NCBI GenBank assembly: GCA_050253415.1 | Contig: JBFWJC010000008.1 | Location: 32,001-96,000, forward strand | Origin: Pedobacter sp. | GTDB lineage: Bacteria; Desulfobacterota; Desulfuromonadia; Desulfuromonadales; Syntrophotaleaceae | Length of the DNA: 64,000 nt | Direction of reading: 5' to 3' | Shown: one piece after another, positions 21,356 through 32,694 of the stretch | Layout of the letters: every line of letters starts with the position of its first letter | Position numbering within the stretch: the stretch's first letter is position 1 | Program-made: the position numbers and the translations under genes | Notes under the pieces: model-generated | Told to the model about the DNA's origin: nothing | Seen by the model: only the letters and a program-made list of their open reading frames with translations | Databases searched by the model: none

Positions 21356-22927
21356 TCAAGTCTGCCGTCGTAATTTTCGCTTAATGAAACTGGAGGCCTG
21401 ACTTGCTTCAGGAACCCGCATGATAACACATCCAACTGCATACAATCCTCCGCCTCCCATGACAGCAACCCCCAGCAACATCAGTTTATACCAAAAGGCT
21501 CCAGCCACGTCCCATTTTCCGTTTTGCAACACCACATAGACAAAAGCTGCCATCAGAAGTGTAACCGGGACCACACGGGACATCGACAGTGCAACATGCT
21601 TCAAACCAAGAGAACCAAGCTTTCTTCGCAGCAAGAACAACAGCACCCCGCAATTGAACACAGAGGCCAGAGTCAACGCCATAGCCAAACCCACATGTTG
21701 AAACGGCTTCATGAGCCATATTCCGAGGCCGGCATTTACCAACAGAGTCCAAAAGGATACCCAGACCGGAGTACGGGTATCATTCATGGCATAAAAACTA
21801 GGTACCACCACACGGCTCACCCCAACGAATAACAGACCCGGTGCATAAGCAGCCAACACGATGGATGCCTGCCATACATCCGCATACTCGAAGGCTCCAT
21901 GCATAAAGAACAAACTGTAGACGGGTACGGAACAAAAAATCAATCCAACCGTGGCCGGCAAGGTAAACAATCCGATCAACACAAGCGCATACCGAAGGGA
22001 GTCCTTAAAGCCAGCCTCATCCCCCGTTGCGACCTGCCGGCTCATAGCAGGAAGAACGGCCTGCGCCAGCGAGACAACAAAAATGCCCTGCGGAAACTCG
22101 AATAAACGTTGTCCGAAATAAAGGTAGGACACACTGCCTTCAGGCAGAAAAGAAGCCAACAGCCTTGTCACGACAATATTGATCTGATAAATGGCCACCC
22201 CGATCAGACCAGGCATCATTAACTTGACGATCCTCAGAACCGCGGGATGGCGGAAATGAAAATCGAATTTGAAGCAAATCCCACGGCTTTTCAACACTGG
22301 AAACTGAAAGGCCAGCTGTAGAAAACCACCAATCAGCACGCCGATGGCAAGTGCAGTAACCGGCGCATCAAAGTAATCCGCCAGAAAATACCCTGAAACA
22401 ATCATGGCAAGATTTAATAAAACAGGTGATACGGATGGCCAGAAGTAATGTCCAAGCACATTGAGAATGCCCGTTGCAAGAGCCAACAAGCTGACAAAAA
22501 AGATGTAAGGGAACATCAGACGATTCAGGGAATTCGTCAATTCCAGCTTACCAGGTACCGCACCGAAACCGTATCCGATTACTCGGACAATCCATGGGGA
22601 AGCAAGTATGCCACACAAGGTCACAACTACCATGACCAACAACAACAGCGTCCAACATATATTGGCTACCCGCCTACCCTCTCCCTCCCCCTCGGTATGA
22701 TAAACGCGAGAAAAGGTTGGTACAAAAGCGGCCGTCAAGGATCCTTCCGCAAAGAAACGTCTCAACAGGTTAGGTATTGTAAAAGCCATAAAAAAAGCAT
22801 CGGCACCAAATCCGGCACCAAAAAGACGGGCAACAACCACATCCCGCACCAGTCCAAAAATGCGACTCATTCCGGTGGCAAAACCCATAACACCTGTCGC
22901 CCTGGTAATTTCGCTCTTTTCCTTCAT
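21356..22927 (-). CDS. murJ: Lipid II flippase MurJ (MviN)
   Basis: SRIFGLVRD, ADAF..AFTIPNLLRRFFAEG, RLFEFPQG; many TM segments. Confidence 0.96.
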   Translation of the reverse strand: MKEKSEITRATGVMGFATGMSRIFGLVRDVVVARLFGAGFGADAFFMAFTIPNLLRRFFAEGSLTAAFVPTFSRVYHTEGEGEGRRVANICWTLLLLVMVVVTLCGILASPWIVRVIGYGFGAVPGKLELTNSLNRLMFPYIFFVSLLALATGILNVLGHYFWPSVSPVLLNLAMIVSGYFLADYFDAPVTALAIGVLIGGFLQLAFQFPVLKSRGICFKFDFHFRHPAVLRIVKLMMPGLIGVAIYQINIVVTRLLASFLPEGSVSYLYFGQRLFEFPQGIFVVSLAQAVLPAMSRQVATGDEAGFKDSLRYALVLIGLFTLPATVGLIFCSVPVYSLFFMHGAFEYADVWQASIVLAAYAPGLLFVGVSRVVVPSFYAMNDTRTPVWVSFWTLLVNAGLGIWLMKPFQHVGLAMALTLASVFNCGVLLFLLRRKLGSLGLKHVALSMSRVVPVTLLMAAFVYVVLQNGKWDVAGAFWYKLMLLGVAVMGGGGLYAVGCVIMRVPEASQASSFIKRKLRRQT

Positions 22928-23053
22928 CCCACACAGACTCCTAAAAATACAAAACACCCCAAATAAAGGATTATTTTATTTTAATTCACTATCCAAGATC
23001 GATAACATACTGTTATATGATGCTTTTTTTACGTTTGATAAGTTTTTGTTAAC

Positions 23054-23082
23054 TTGACTAATAATGTCACCGGTGTTATAAA
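23054..23082 (+). promoter_or_regulatory. Sigma70-like promoter of rpsT
   Basis: TTGACT-N17-TATAAA with TG extended -10. Confidence 0.75.
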
Positions 23083-23179
23083 ACGCAGCATGTCATCGAT
23101 AAGAAAACTTTCTATCGTGCAGATGACTTCCAATGTAGAAAAATCAAACAACCTATTTTGTTAAAACGGAGGCAAAACC

Positions 23180-23443
23180 TTGGCCAACCACAAATCCGCT
23201 CTGAAAAGAAATCGCCAAGCGGCGGTACGTAACGCCCGCAACACCCATATCCGCAGCTCCATGCGCACCTTCGTCAAGCAGGTACGTACTGCTGTTACCG
23301 CTGGCAATCTCGAAGATGCCAAGACGGCATTGGACCGCGCCGTACCTTTTATCGATAAAGCTGCCACCAAAGGTGTTATCCATAAAGCAACTGCCAGCCG
23401 CAAGATTTCGCGTCTGGTCAAACTTGTCAACACCCTGGGCTAA
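23180..23443 (+). CDS. rpsT: 30S ribosomal protein S20 (TTG start)
   Basis: [10 protein letters not shown]...[24 protein letters not shown]. Confidence 0.97.
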   Translation: MANHKSALKRNRQAAVRNARNTHIRSSMRTFVKQVRTAVTAGNLEDAKTALDRAVPFIDKAATKGVIHKATASRKISRLVKLVNTLG

Positions 23444-23464
23444 CCATAAGGGTGACATATCAAG

Positions 23465-23494
23465 AAAAAAGGGGCCTTTCAGGCCCCTTTTTTT
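23465..23494. terminator. Bidirectional terminator between rpsT and holA
   Basis: A6-GGGGCCT-TTC-AGGCCCC-T7. Confidence 0.88.
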
Positions 23495-23504
23495 ATCTAG
23501 CACA

Positions 23505-24497
23505 CTACCCTGCCGCCAATCGCAACACCAAAGATTCAAGCACCGCCGCTGGAGGCGAACCGCTGGATTTCAACGCAAGATCGACCTCCAGTAACGATTC
23601 AAAAACACCTCGAAAATTATCCGATGGAATGCGTCGCGCCTGCACGAGTATTCCATTCAGAAAATAAGGGTTGATACCAATACGGCGCGCCATCTCCTTT
23701 TCGGGAACTCGTTGTCGCAGCAACTCGTGAGCTTTCCATAGTTGACGAAAATGCCGGGTGATCATGGCCAGAATAAGTAACGGTGCAACCCCTTCGGCCA
23801 ACAAACGATGCAGCAGCCTTAATGCCTCGCCAACATCCTTTTTGCCCAACGCATCGCTTAGCTCAAATACACTATCGACCCGACTGTCGGTTACCACAGC
23901 CAGAACATCTCTCGGTTCCGCAACATTACGCTCGCCGAGATAATTGCACAATTTGCTTAACTCGCCGTTTATTTCCTGAAGATTAGATCCGACACGTTTG
24001 CAAAAGAGTGTCAGGGCATCTTCCGTAAAAGAAATCCCGGCATCCTCCGCTTGTTCCTTTACAAAGGTTGGTATCTGGTTATCGTACAGTTTTTTAAATT
24101 CAACCAACACACCGGTATTTTTAAAAACCTGATAAAACTTGCGACGACCGTCAACTTTGTCACCCGTGAAGACCAGTATTGTTTCTGGAACAGGGTTGTT
24201 CAGATAAGAGAGAAACTGTTCAAGTTCCGCCGCGGGCAGATTCTGGGCATCACGGACCACCACCACACGTACCGGACTGAATGCCGGCAAGGTGCAGGCC
24301 GAATCCAATACGGTTGTCGCACGACAGTCCTTACCATGAAAAACCTGCAAATTAAAATCGCGGGCTTCCAAAGGTACCGTTTGTTCGATAATCTCTCGCA
24401 GGATACGCTCAATGAAAAAGGTCTCCTCGCCGTACAGAAACAGCAGGCCGGGGAGTTTTTTCTCCCGCAATCGCTTTTTCAATTCACCAGGTGTCAC
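23505..24497 (-). CDS. holA: DNA polymerase III delta subunit
   Basis: FLYGEE, ELSKL, VFELSDA, DLALKSS; leuS-lptE-holA synteny. Confidence 0.92.
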   Translation of the reverse strand: MTPGELKKRLREKKLPGLLFLYGEETFFIERILREIIEQTVPLEARDFNLQVFHGKDCRATTVLDSACTLPAFSPVRVVVVRDAQNLPAAELEQFLSYLNNPVPETILVFTGDKVDGRRKFYQVFKNTGVLVEFKKLYDNQIPTFVKEQAEDAGISFTEDALTLFCKRVGSNLQEINGELSKLCNYLGERNVAEPRDVLAVVTDSRVDSVFELSDALGKKDVGEALRLLHRLLAEGVAPLLILAMITRHFRQLWKAHELLRQRVPEKEMARRIGINPYFLNGILVQARRIPSDNFRGVFESLLEVDLALKSSGSPPAAVLESLVLRLAAG

Positions 24498-24520
24498 ATC
24501 CCCACCCTTTCGAGAGCGGT

Positions 24521-25033
24521 TCAAAAATCGTCTACCATTCGGGAATAGATATCATCGGCCAACCGCCGTGCAATTTCTTCGATAGCGGCCCTCTCGCGAT
24601 CATCCTCGAGAGCTTTATCGGCACTGGCGATGTAATCTTCCGTCCAGCTCGAACGCCCCTTCCAGAGGACTTGTGCGTTGTCGGCATGGCGCAACGCTAC
24701 TTCCACGGTCATGCGCGATCGGTACTCGGCAATACGGTCTCTGCCATCATAGGACAGGGAGTTGCTGGCATATTGAGTAACAGTCCCCGTCAAAAGAGCA
24801 TCGGCCTGATCCGGATCATTGACCAGCTCAACCCCGGGGCTCCTTATCAGGCGATCAAGCAACGCACCGGTCACCGCGTTTTCCAAGAACGGTTCATAGG
24901 TAGCATTATGTAAAATCGCAACATGCACATAGCGTACCCCGGCGGGCAGAGTGTCTCCCTTGCCCTGCAAATGATATCCGCAGCCAAGCAGGCTCAGCAT
25001 CAGCACCAGACCGATCAGACCTCGCGCCATCAT
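24521..25033 (-). CDS. lptE: LPS assembly lipoprotein LptE
   Basis: Lipobox LLGCGY; position between leuS and holA. Confidence 0.85.
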   Translation of the reverse strand: MMARGLIGLVLMLSLLGCGYHLQGKGDTLPAGVRYVHVAILHNATYEPFLENAVTGALLDRLIRSPGVELVNDPDQADALLTGTVTQYASNSLSYDGRDRIAEYRSRMTVEVALRHADNAQVLWKGRSSWTEDYIASADKALEDDRERAAIEEIARRLADDIYSRMVDDF

Positions 25034-27582
25034 GATGCGACGATGCTCACCAGGCGACCGGGAACAACCACTACTTTACGCACAGATTTGCCCTCCAGAA
25101 AGCGAACCACATTGCCCTCCGCCAACGCTGCCTGCTGCACCGTATCGTTATCTGCATCGGCAGCTACAGTCACCTTACCGCGGACCTTACCGTTGACCTG
25201 AACCACGATGGTCATTTCATCTTCTACCAATGCAGCAGTGTCCAAGGTTGGCCAACCGGCGGCTTCAATACCACCCTCATGGCCAAGACAAACCCACAAT
25301 TCTTCGCATACATGCGGGACGAACGGCGCCAAAAGCCTCACCAAAGACTCCAGAGCTTCGCGCATGACTCCAGGATATTCATCCCGCGGTTCGAAACCAT
25401 AGATAGCGTTAACAAGCTCCATAACCGAAGCTATAGCCGTGTTGAAATGGAAGCTACCATCGATATCCTCGGTAACCTTTTTAATTGTGCGATGGACTTG
25501 ACGACGCAAATCCCTGGCCGGGCCTTCTGCGGCTGCCGGAATATCAACGCCGGTAACACGCTCAAGGTTATCGTACACAGCCCTCCAGACGCGGTTCAGG
25601 AAGCGATAGCAACCTTCCACGCCCTGTTCGTTCCACTCGAGATCTTTTTCGGGCGGTGCGGCAAACAGCGAAAAGAGCCGGGCCGTATCCGCCCCGTAAC
25701 TTGCGATGAGCTGATCCGGATCCACCACGTTCTTTTTGGACTTGCTCATCTTCTCATTGCGACCGGTTTTGGCTGTCGCACCGCAAAGAACACACTTCCC
25801 GTCAACCACCTGCTCGGGATAGAGCCAGCCGTGCTCCGGGCAGGAGGTGGTTTCCATACACACCATGCCTTGGGTCAGCAGGTTTTTAAACGGTTCATCC
25901 TGCGAAACCATTCCCAGGTCACGCATAACCTTGGTGAAGAATCGGGCATACAACAGATGCATAACTGCATGCTCAATTCCACCAATATACTGATCCACGG
26001 GCAGCCAGTGGTCAACAGCTTCACGATCCAGCGGTCCGGCGTCAAACCGTGGGCAGGCATAGCGGGCAAAATACCAGGAGCTCTCTACGAAGGTGTCGAA
26101 CGTATCCGTTTCCCGGCGGGCATCACCACCACAAGTCGGGCAGGAGACATTCAAGAAGGACTGGTGCCTTGCGAGTGGACTGCCACCTTCCCCGCTGATT
26201 TCCACATCCATGGGCAACAGGACCGGCAAATCCTTCTCGGGGACAGCAACGGGACCACACTGGGGACAATAAATAATAGGAATCGGGGTTCCCCAGTAAC
26301 GCTGCCGGGAAACGCCCCAGTCACGCAAACGGTAATTTATGGTTTTACAACCGATCCCCTGTTCTTCAAGGAATGCGGCTATTTTTTCTTTGGCAAGATT
26401 ATTATCCAGCCCATCGAAAGGGCCGGAATTAACGAGGAGGCCAGAATCAGTCCAGGCCTCGGTCATTGCCTCCGGATCGAGTGTTTGACCTTCGGGCTGA
26501 ATAACCACAACCTTGGGAATATCATATTTGGTCGCGAACTCAAAATCGCGCTGATCGTGGGTAGGAACGGCCATAACGGCACCGGTTCCATAGTCCATCA
26601 GCACGAAATTGGCCAGATAGATGGGAATACGGCGCCCATTAACCGGGTTAATGCTGTAGGAGCCGGTAAACACCCCTTCTTTGACAAAATCATCGCTGGT
26701 CCGTTTAAGCTTGTCCTGCGAACGTACCCGGGCGATGAATGCCTCGACCTCGGCTTTGCAACCATCGGAGGCCAATGTCATCGCCAAAGGGTGTTCCGCG
26801 GCGAGACTCATGAAAGTAGCGCCGTAGAGGGTATCCTGACGCGTAGTAAAAACCTTGATTTTTGCATCGGAATCCACTACCGGAAAATCGATTTCGCACC
26901 CGGTGGATCGACCGATCCAATTGCGCTGCATCGTCAACACCGACTCAGGCCAACCGGTCAGCTTATAGGTATCATCCAACAGTTCCTGTGCATAATCGGT
27001 AATTTTAAAAAACCACTGTTCCAGCTCTTTTTGCTCGACTTCAGTAGAGCAGCGCCAGCATGCGTCGTTTTCAACCTGTTCATTGGCCAGAACCGTCTGA
27101 CACTCGGGGCACCAATTAACGAAGGAGCTTTTTTTATAAGCCAGACCTTTTTCAAACATTTTGAGAAAGATCAACTGCTCCCAACGATAATATTCAGGAT
27201 GACAGGTAGCCAGTTCGCGATCCCAATCGTAGGAGAATCCCATTTTTTTGATCTGGGCCCGCATATTGGCAATGTTTTCATACGTCCACTTGCCGGGATG
27301 GATGCCATGCTGAATGGCAGCATTTTCAGCGGGCATACCGAAGGCGTCCCACCCCATGGGATGCAACACGTTATAACCTTGCAGACGTTTGAAACGCGCA
27401 ACCACGTCGCCTATGGAGTAGTTGCGTACATGACCCATGTGAATACGCCCGGAAGGATAAGGAAACATCTCTAAAAGATAATACTTTTTCCTGTCGTCCT
27501 CCTGCGCCTTGAAGGTTTTATCCTGCTCCCAACGTTTCTGCCACTTACCTTCAATGCTGCCAGCGTCGTAACGCTCTTCCAT
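25030..27582 (-). CDS. leuS: Leucine-tRNA ligase
   Basis: [32 protein letters not shown]. Confidence 0.98.
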   Translation of the reverse strand: MEERYDAGSIEGKWQKRWEQDKTFKAQEDDRKKYYLLEMFPYPSGRIHMGHVRNYSIGDVVARFKRLQGYNVLHPMGWDAFGMPAENAAIQHGIHPGKWTYENIANMRAQIKKMGFSYDWDRELATCHPEYYRWEQLIFLKMFEKGLAYKKSSFVNWCPECQTVLANEQVENDACWRCSTEVEQKELEQWFFKITDYAQELLDDTYKLTGWPESVLTMQRNWIGRSTGCEIDFPVVDSDAKIKVFTTRQDTLYGATFMSLAAEHPLAMTLASDGCKAEVEAFIARVRSQDKLKRTSDDFVKEGVFTGSYSINPVNGRRIPIYLANFVLMDYGTGAVMAVPTHDQRDFEFATKYDIPKVVVIQPEGQTLDPEAMTEAWTDSGLLVNSGPFDGLDNNLAKEKIAAFLEEQGIGCKTINYRLRDWGVSRQRYWGTPIPIIYCPQCGPVAVPEKDLPVLLPMDVEISGEGGSPLARHQSFLNVSCPTCGGDARRETDTFDTFVESSWYFARYACPRFDAGPLDREAVDHWLPVDQYIGGIEHAVMHLLYARFFTKVMRDLGMVSQDEPFKNLLTQGMVCMETTSCPEHGWLYPEQVVDGKCVLCGATAKTGRNEKMSKSKKNVVDPDQLIASYGADTARLFSLFAAPPEKDLEWNEQGVEGCYRFLNRVWRAVYDNLERVTGVDIPAAAEGPARDLRRQVHRTIKKVTEDIDGSFHFNTAIASVMELVNAIYGFEPRDEYPGVMREALESLVRLLAPFVPHVCEELWVCLGHEGGIEAAGWPTLDTAALVEDEMTIVVQVNGKVRGKVTVAADADNDTVQQAALAEGNVVRFLEGKSVRKVVVVPGRLVSIVAS

Positions 27583-27764
27583 AAAAACCCTCCGCATCCA
27601 CACGGATACCAATATAAACAGGAAAACCGGCCAACGCCGGTATCGATGATTCACGGGAATTTACGAAGCCAGTCCCTTCCGATTATATCGAGATATTATC
27701 GGAATCAACTGGCCTCACGTAACACCTATATTGACATGCTCTAAAGACAAGCGCCCTGCGATTC

Positions 27765-27983
27765 CTACTTTTCGCGGTAGGTAATACGCCCGCGAGTCAA
27801 ATCGTAGGGGGACAATTCAACAGTCACACGATCGCCGGGCAGAATACGGATGTAAAACTTCCTCATTTTACCCGAGATGTGGGCCAGAATGGTGTGCCCG
27901 TTATCAAGCTTGACACGAAACATGGCATTGGGAAGTGGTTCTATGACCTTCCCTTCAACTTCAATGGCTTCTTCTTTTGCCAA
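27765..27983 (-). CDS. infA: Translation initiation factor IF-1 (TTG start)
   Basis: [26 protein letters not shown]. Confidence 0.97.
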   Translation of the reverse strand: MAKEEAIEVEGKVIEPLPNAMFRVKLDNGHTILAHISGKMRKFYIRILPGDRVTVELSPYDLTRGRITYREK

Positions 27984-28226
27984 CGCAACCTCCTTGCAAT
28001 ATTTAACAATCGCTTCCAGTGAATAATTCCAAGTGAAAAAACAGCACTATTTAACATGACCGCCCCCGGCATTGTCAACCCTTTGGCCCAAATGGCAGTC
28101 ACTCTAACCGGGTTTCACCAACAAGCGTCCTTACCGAAAGATTGCAACCACAATCGGCCCTTGTCAACCGACTCAATCCCTATCGGCTCTTTGCTTATTA
28201 CCTCGTTTGGTTCCACAGTAAAGGGG

Positions 28227-28601
28227 TTACAACCCGAGGAGACGAGAAGCCGTATCGACAACTATGGCAGCCTGCACAGGCTTGGTTATATATTCGGTAG
28301 CGCCAAGAGCCATGGCGCGATCACGATCTTCCGTGGCGCCCTCAGTGGTTACCATGACAATAGGAATATCCCGGGTACGTTGATCCGCTCGTAGCATACG
28401 AACCAGCTTGAGGCCATCCAAGCCCGGCATATTTACATCGGAAAAGACCAGAGACAGCTGTTCATTTGCAATGACCTTCAAGGCCTCAAGACCATCGCTG
28501 GCTTCCAGAACGGTTACACCCGGCACACGCCGCAGCGACATGACCAGCAATTGCCGCATAATAGCCGAATCCTCTACTACCAGGATTTTATGGCCAGACA
28601 T
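28227..28601 (-). CDS. Single-domain response regulator (CheY-like)
   Basis: ILVVEDS, SDVNMP, MVTT, YITKP. Confidence 0.9.
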   Translation of the reverse strand: MSGHKILVVEDSAIMRQLLVMSLRRVPGVTVLEASDGLEALKVIANEQLSLVFSDVNMPGLDGLKLVRMLRADQRTRDIPIVMVTTEGATEDRDRAMALGATEYITKPVQAAIVVDTASRLLGL

Positions 28602-28616
28602 TCCTACCTCCTTACT

Positions 28617-29444
28617 TCATTTAGTCAACAGATCAAGAAAACCTTGGATGGTGGTCAGCTTACGTTCTGATTCAGAATAAAGTTTAGAGGCAAAAATAGC
28701 CGTAGCAGCATGCCCTGCAAGAAGAGTAAACAATTCATAGTCAATATCCGCAAACCGTCGCTTTTGCAAAAACAACTTATAAACCGCCAGGACACCTATG
28801 ACACGGTCTTTTATCTTAAGGGGAATGCAGGCCAAAGGAGCATCATAAGCCGTGCTTACCTCGTCCAGACTGGCGGCGTAAAAACTCTCTCCGGTACTGG
28901 CCACAGTTCCAAGAGTTCCTTTGCCCAGGGGGCAGGCCGGTAATTGATCGATTTCCACACCTTCGCCGACCATGGCCTGTAAAGACCCGGCATTTTCATC
29001 AAGCAGAAAAAGCGCGAATTCCTCACCGCCAATAAGATTAATAATAATCTCGGAGATAATCTGCAGCACATCGCGAAAATCAAGAGTTAAATGCAATTGA
29101 TAGGTCGCAATGTAGAGGTTGGCCAGACTATTATTCTCCCCCTCTATCTCAACGTAACGGTTGGCAAAGTCGATATTTTCAGCTTCTACACGCGCAATGC
29201 GCTGCATGATTTCCATCTTTTCCTGCTCAAGGTCGGCGACCTGAGATTTCAGGGTTTCGACCTCTTGCAGTGCCTGGGCAGCACAGGAAGCTAAACGATT
29301 CTGCTCTTCCATTTGTACAAGCTGGAAACGCAGTTTTTCATTTTCACGCAACAATTCCTGAGTAAATTCGGCTCCCTTTTTGAAAACCTGTAAAAACTCA
29401 TCTGCTCGTTGGGTTAACTTCCCTTGATCCTCTTTTTGACTCAT
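28617..29444 (-). CDS. Coiled-coil + GAF domain protein
   Basis: Heptad-rich N-terminus; GAF motifs LGKGTLGTVA, ACIPLK, LLAGHAATAI. Confidence 0.8.
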   Translation of the reverse strand: MSQKEDQGKLTQRADEFLQVFKKGAEFTQELLRENEKLRFQLVQMEEQNRLASCAAQALQEVETLKSQVADLEQEKMEIMQRIARVEAENIDFANRYVEIEGENNSLANLYIATYQLHLTLDFRDVLQIISEIIINLIGGEEFALFLLDENAGSLQAMVGEGVEIDQLPACPLGKGTLGTVASTGESFYAASLDEVSTAYDAPLACIPLKIKDRVIGVLAVYKLFLQKRRFADIDYELFTLLAGHAATAIFASKLYSESERKLTTIQGFLDLLTK

Positions 29445-29630
29445 CGTCTCTCCCCGAAACTTCCGAGAGCCTCCATACTTTTGTTCATGCGGAACCATGA
29501 CTTATTGGAACAGGTATTGCCACGTTCTTCCTTGTACCGTAAGCCGACCGCAAACCCACCGATTCGTTCAACCCGGATTATGTTATCCCAAAAACAAGAT
29601 ATCCGACCCATCTATAAATAAGGAAATTAT

Positions 29631-29999
29631 TCAGAGTAAAAATCTTTGGATGGTTTCAATCACCATAGAGGACTTGAAAGGCTTGGTAATATACCAATCC
29701 GCGCCGACTTCCTGTCCACGGGAAAAATCGTCTTGACACTTTTTCGCCGTGAGCATAATAACAGGAATATGGCTGGTATCTTTGGCGCCCTTAATCCGTC
29801 TACAAACTTCAAAACCGTCAATTTCGGGAAGCATGATATCCAGCAAAATCAAATCGGGCTTTTGCAAAGCGATTGCTTCTAAAGCGGCCTGCCCGTTCGG
29901 CACCCCCTTGACGTCATAGCCCTTGGAGGTAAGCAGGATACTTTCCAGACGAAGAAGACTTTCCTCATCTTCGACAATAAGTATTTTTTTCCTGGACAC
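29631..29999 (-). CDS. Single-domain response regulator
   Basis: ILIVEDE, LLDIMLP, MLTA, YITKPF. Confidence 0.9.
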   Translation of the reverse strand: MSRKKILIVEDEESLLRLESILLTSKGYDVKGVPNGQAALEAIALQKPDLILLDIMLPEIDGFEVCRRIKGAKDTSHIPVIMLTAKKCQDDFSRGQEVGADWYITKPFKSSMVIETIQRFLL

Positions 30000-30011
30000 A
30001 ATCCCACTCCT

Positions 30012-32570
30012 TTACAAAGTAACGGACAAGTCGAGAAGTGCTGCAATATTCAACACTCCGACATCATGTCCTTTCCTGCGGACGACTCCAGCAAGGAAAG
30101 GACTGTCGTTTTGCGACAAAATAGCCTCCGTAGCCATTTCTTCACCTTGCGCATTATGAAACAATTGCCCCAAGCGTTCAACCGCAACGGCTACCCTTTG
30201 ATCACCAGAATTACTCAGCAGAACTGTTCCAAAGGACATTTCTGATGCCCCGGAAATCCCCATCCGCGCAGCCACATCAAGCACAGGGACAATCTGGTCT
30301 CGCCACAAGGCCACTCCGCTGATAAAAGATGGGGCACGCGGCACAGGAATCCAATCGGCCCTCTCTATTATCTCCACAACCTCCATGATGTCCAGTGCAT
30401 ATTCATCCCCCCCGAGAAAAAAGGAAATAAAGTTCCCCCTTCCACCTTCTCCGCCAGTTACTGAGGCTATGAAAGAATCATCGTTATCCCGCGAGGAGGC
30501 TGCATCGAATCCACCCGTTACTTGAACAGGCGACTCGGCAATGAACGGCAAGGAAGACTTTACCTCAGGATCCAACCCGTCCAAACAGCCAATTTGCGCT
30601 TGAGGCGGATAAGGTGCCTGGCGTATCAGATAAGCAAGGTCCAGCAACAACACCGGACCGGTACCAACCAATTCAGCAACAGCGGAAAATCCCGGAACCT
30701 GTCGTAACAAAGCGTCAAAGGGACGAATAACCGCCTCCCGTCGCCCCAGCAAGCCCTCAACGATCAGCCCGACCTGCCTGGCGCCGAATCCTACAACCAC
30801 AAGGAAAGGCGCTCCTTCGACGCATGCAGTGGATCCCTTGAAATAATGCCGCAGATCAAGCAATGGCAGAGGCTCCTGACCATCTGACATATGCCCGCTC
30901 TCGGATTCTTTTGCGCAGTTGGTTGCAAAAGGCTTCACACAGCATACACCTTCAAGCGCCATGGCATATGGCCTGTCTGCAACGATGACAACCAGTACCG
31001 ACATGATCGTTTTATGGACAGGCAGCGTTAAAGTCATACAGGTCCCAACACCGGTGCGGGTATCGACCTCGACCATTCCGCAAAGGGAATCAAGCTGGCA
31101 TCGCACCACATCCATACCTATGCCCCGGCCGGAAATCTCCGTAACGTTGGTACAGGTGGAAAAACCGGGCTGAACAAGCAGATCGTAAAGCTGCTGATTC
31201 GACAAAGTTTCCCCTTGCCCAATCATGCCGAGCCCATAAGCCCGGGCTTGAACTTTTTGTAGATCAATGCCACGGCCATCGTCACGAACTTCGATGGCAA
31301 CCTGTCCGCTACGCAGACTGGCTTCAAGAACCAGGGTGCCTTCAGCGGGCTTGCCATACAAGACGCGCTCATCGGGCGGTTCGATGCCGTGATCTATCGC
31401 ATTACGCACCAGATGTAACAGCGGCTCATGCAACCGCTCAAGCACCCCGCGGTCAAGAGGAACGTCATTCCCACGCATGACCAACCGTACACGCTTGCCG
31501 GTCCCGCGCTCTGCCGCCCGCACCACCCGCGTCATACGCTGGAACAAATATCGCACAGGTATCATACGCGCATCGTTAAGGGATCGTTGCAGCCTGAAAA
31601 GATCCCGTTCCATATCCTGAAAAGAGCGTTCAACCACCTCCGTCAATTCAGCATGTTTCTCATCCGTAAACTGCTGAAAATAACGTTTGAGTTGGCCTTG
31701 CCCGAGCATCAGGTTTTTGGAAATTTCCTGCAACTCATCCAGGGCCTTGGATTCTACCCGGATCATCTGCGAGGGGATTGATAATTCTGTCGAGGTCTTT
31801 GATACAGGCTGCCGTGGCGAAACAGCTGTAGCCGTTGGTTTCGCGTCAACCGGTGTAATCAGACGCAGACGCATTCGATATTCTACCGGCAGATGTTTAC
31901 CAAGGTCAGGGCGTATAGATCCACAAAACAGCCAATGAAAGTCGATGCGACCGTTATCTCGAGGCCCTCCGGGAATCGTTGCGAGAAGCTTCCCATGGTT
32001 GCGTAACAGCTGTTCAAACTCAGGCAACGCGGTATCAATCGCAGACAAAGTCAAACAACAACTGATTAAAAAGACATCCTGTCCCACAGCCAGGCAATGA
32101 TGTAATTGCTGGACCTCAAAAACAGTGAGAGAGCGATAAAGATCAGGATCGAGATTGCCAGGTGGTTTCTGCGCCAGGTCTGCAGGGACAAGATCTCCAG
32201 TGCAAACACTCTCCAACAGAGAAATCATCTGTGCACAGCGGGTTTCAGAATCAGATCTCCGATGCACCAACCGGTCCATCAATGTTACCGATTCGTCTAG
32301 CAGCTCAAACAGATGCGCCGTTGCCTGTTGCCGTCCCATGCGGAGATTGTCCAGGCAAGATTCGAGATGATGAGCAAGACTGCTCGCTTGTTGCAGCCCC
32401 ACTGAAGAACTCAGCCCCTTCAATGAATGAAGGCTGCGGAAAAGACTGTCGAGGAGGATGGCATCTAAGGATTTACTGACAAATTGTTCAGTTAATACTT
32501 CCAGATCGCGACGTACAGCCTCGAGCAAATCCTCGGCTTCGCTCACAAATTCAAGATCAGGATCCATCAT
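30012..32570 (-). CDS. cheA: CheA-like histidine kinase with an additional C-terminal CheW domain
   Basis: HPt FRSLHSLKG, HLVRNAIDHGIE, DDGRG, SGRGIGMDVV, P5 domain, then second CheW (FISFFLGGDEYAL..PVPRAPSFISGV). Confidence 0.87.
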   Translation of the reverse strand: MMDPDLEFVSEAEDLLEAVRRDLEVLTEQFVSKSLDAILLDSLFRSLHSLKGLSSSVGLQQASSLAHHLESCLDNLRMGRQQATAHLFELLDESVTLMDRLVHRRSDSETRCAQMISLLESVCTGDLVPADLAQKPPGNLDPDLYRSLTVFEVQQLHHCLAVGQDVFLISCCLTLSAIDTALPEFEQLLRNHGKLLATIPGGPRDNGRIDFHWLFCGSIRPDLGKHLPVEYRMRLRLITPVDAKPTATAVSPRQPVSKTSTELSIPSQMIRVESKALDELQEISKNLMLGQGQLKRYFQQFTDEKHAELTEVVERSFQDMERDLFRLQRSLNDARMIPVRYLFQRMTRVVRAAERGTGKRVRLVMRGNDVPLDRGVLERLHEPLLHLVRNAIDHGIEPPDERVLYGKPAEGTLVLEASLRSGQVAIEVRDDGRGIDLQKVQARAYGLGMIGQGETLSNQQLYDLLVQPGFSTCTNVTEISGRGIGMDVVRCQLDSLCGMVEVDTRTGVGTCMTLTLPVHKTIMSVLVVIVADRPYAMALEGVCCVKPFATNCAKESESGHMSDGQEPLPLLDLRHYFKGSTACVEGAPFLVVVGFGARQVGLIVEGLLGRREAVIRPFDALLRQVPGFSAVAELVGTGPVLLLDLAYLIRQAPYPPQAQIGCLDGLDPEVKSSLPFIAESPVQVTGGFDAASSRDNDDSFIASVTGGEGGRGNFISFFLGGDEYALDIMEVVEIIERADWIPVPRAPSFISGVALWRDQIVPVLDVAARMGISGASEMSFGTVLLSNSGDQRVAVAVERLGQLFHNAQGEEMATEAILSQNDSPFLAGVVRRKGHDVGVLNIAALLDLSVTL

Positions 32571-32694
32571 CTTGAAACCTCTCTGGCTGCACCATGCAAG
32601 CGCCAAAAATGCCAGGCGCTCATCCTGACCTTACGCGGCCCCAGGATCACAACAACCGTTAAAGCAACAAGATATGTTGCCAAAAGCATAAGCC

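Noticed and set aside
25279..27474. 731-aa plus-strand ORF
   Set aside because: Antisense shadow of leuS
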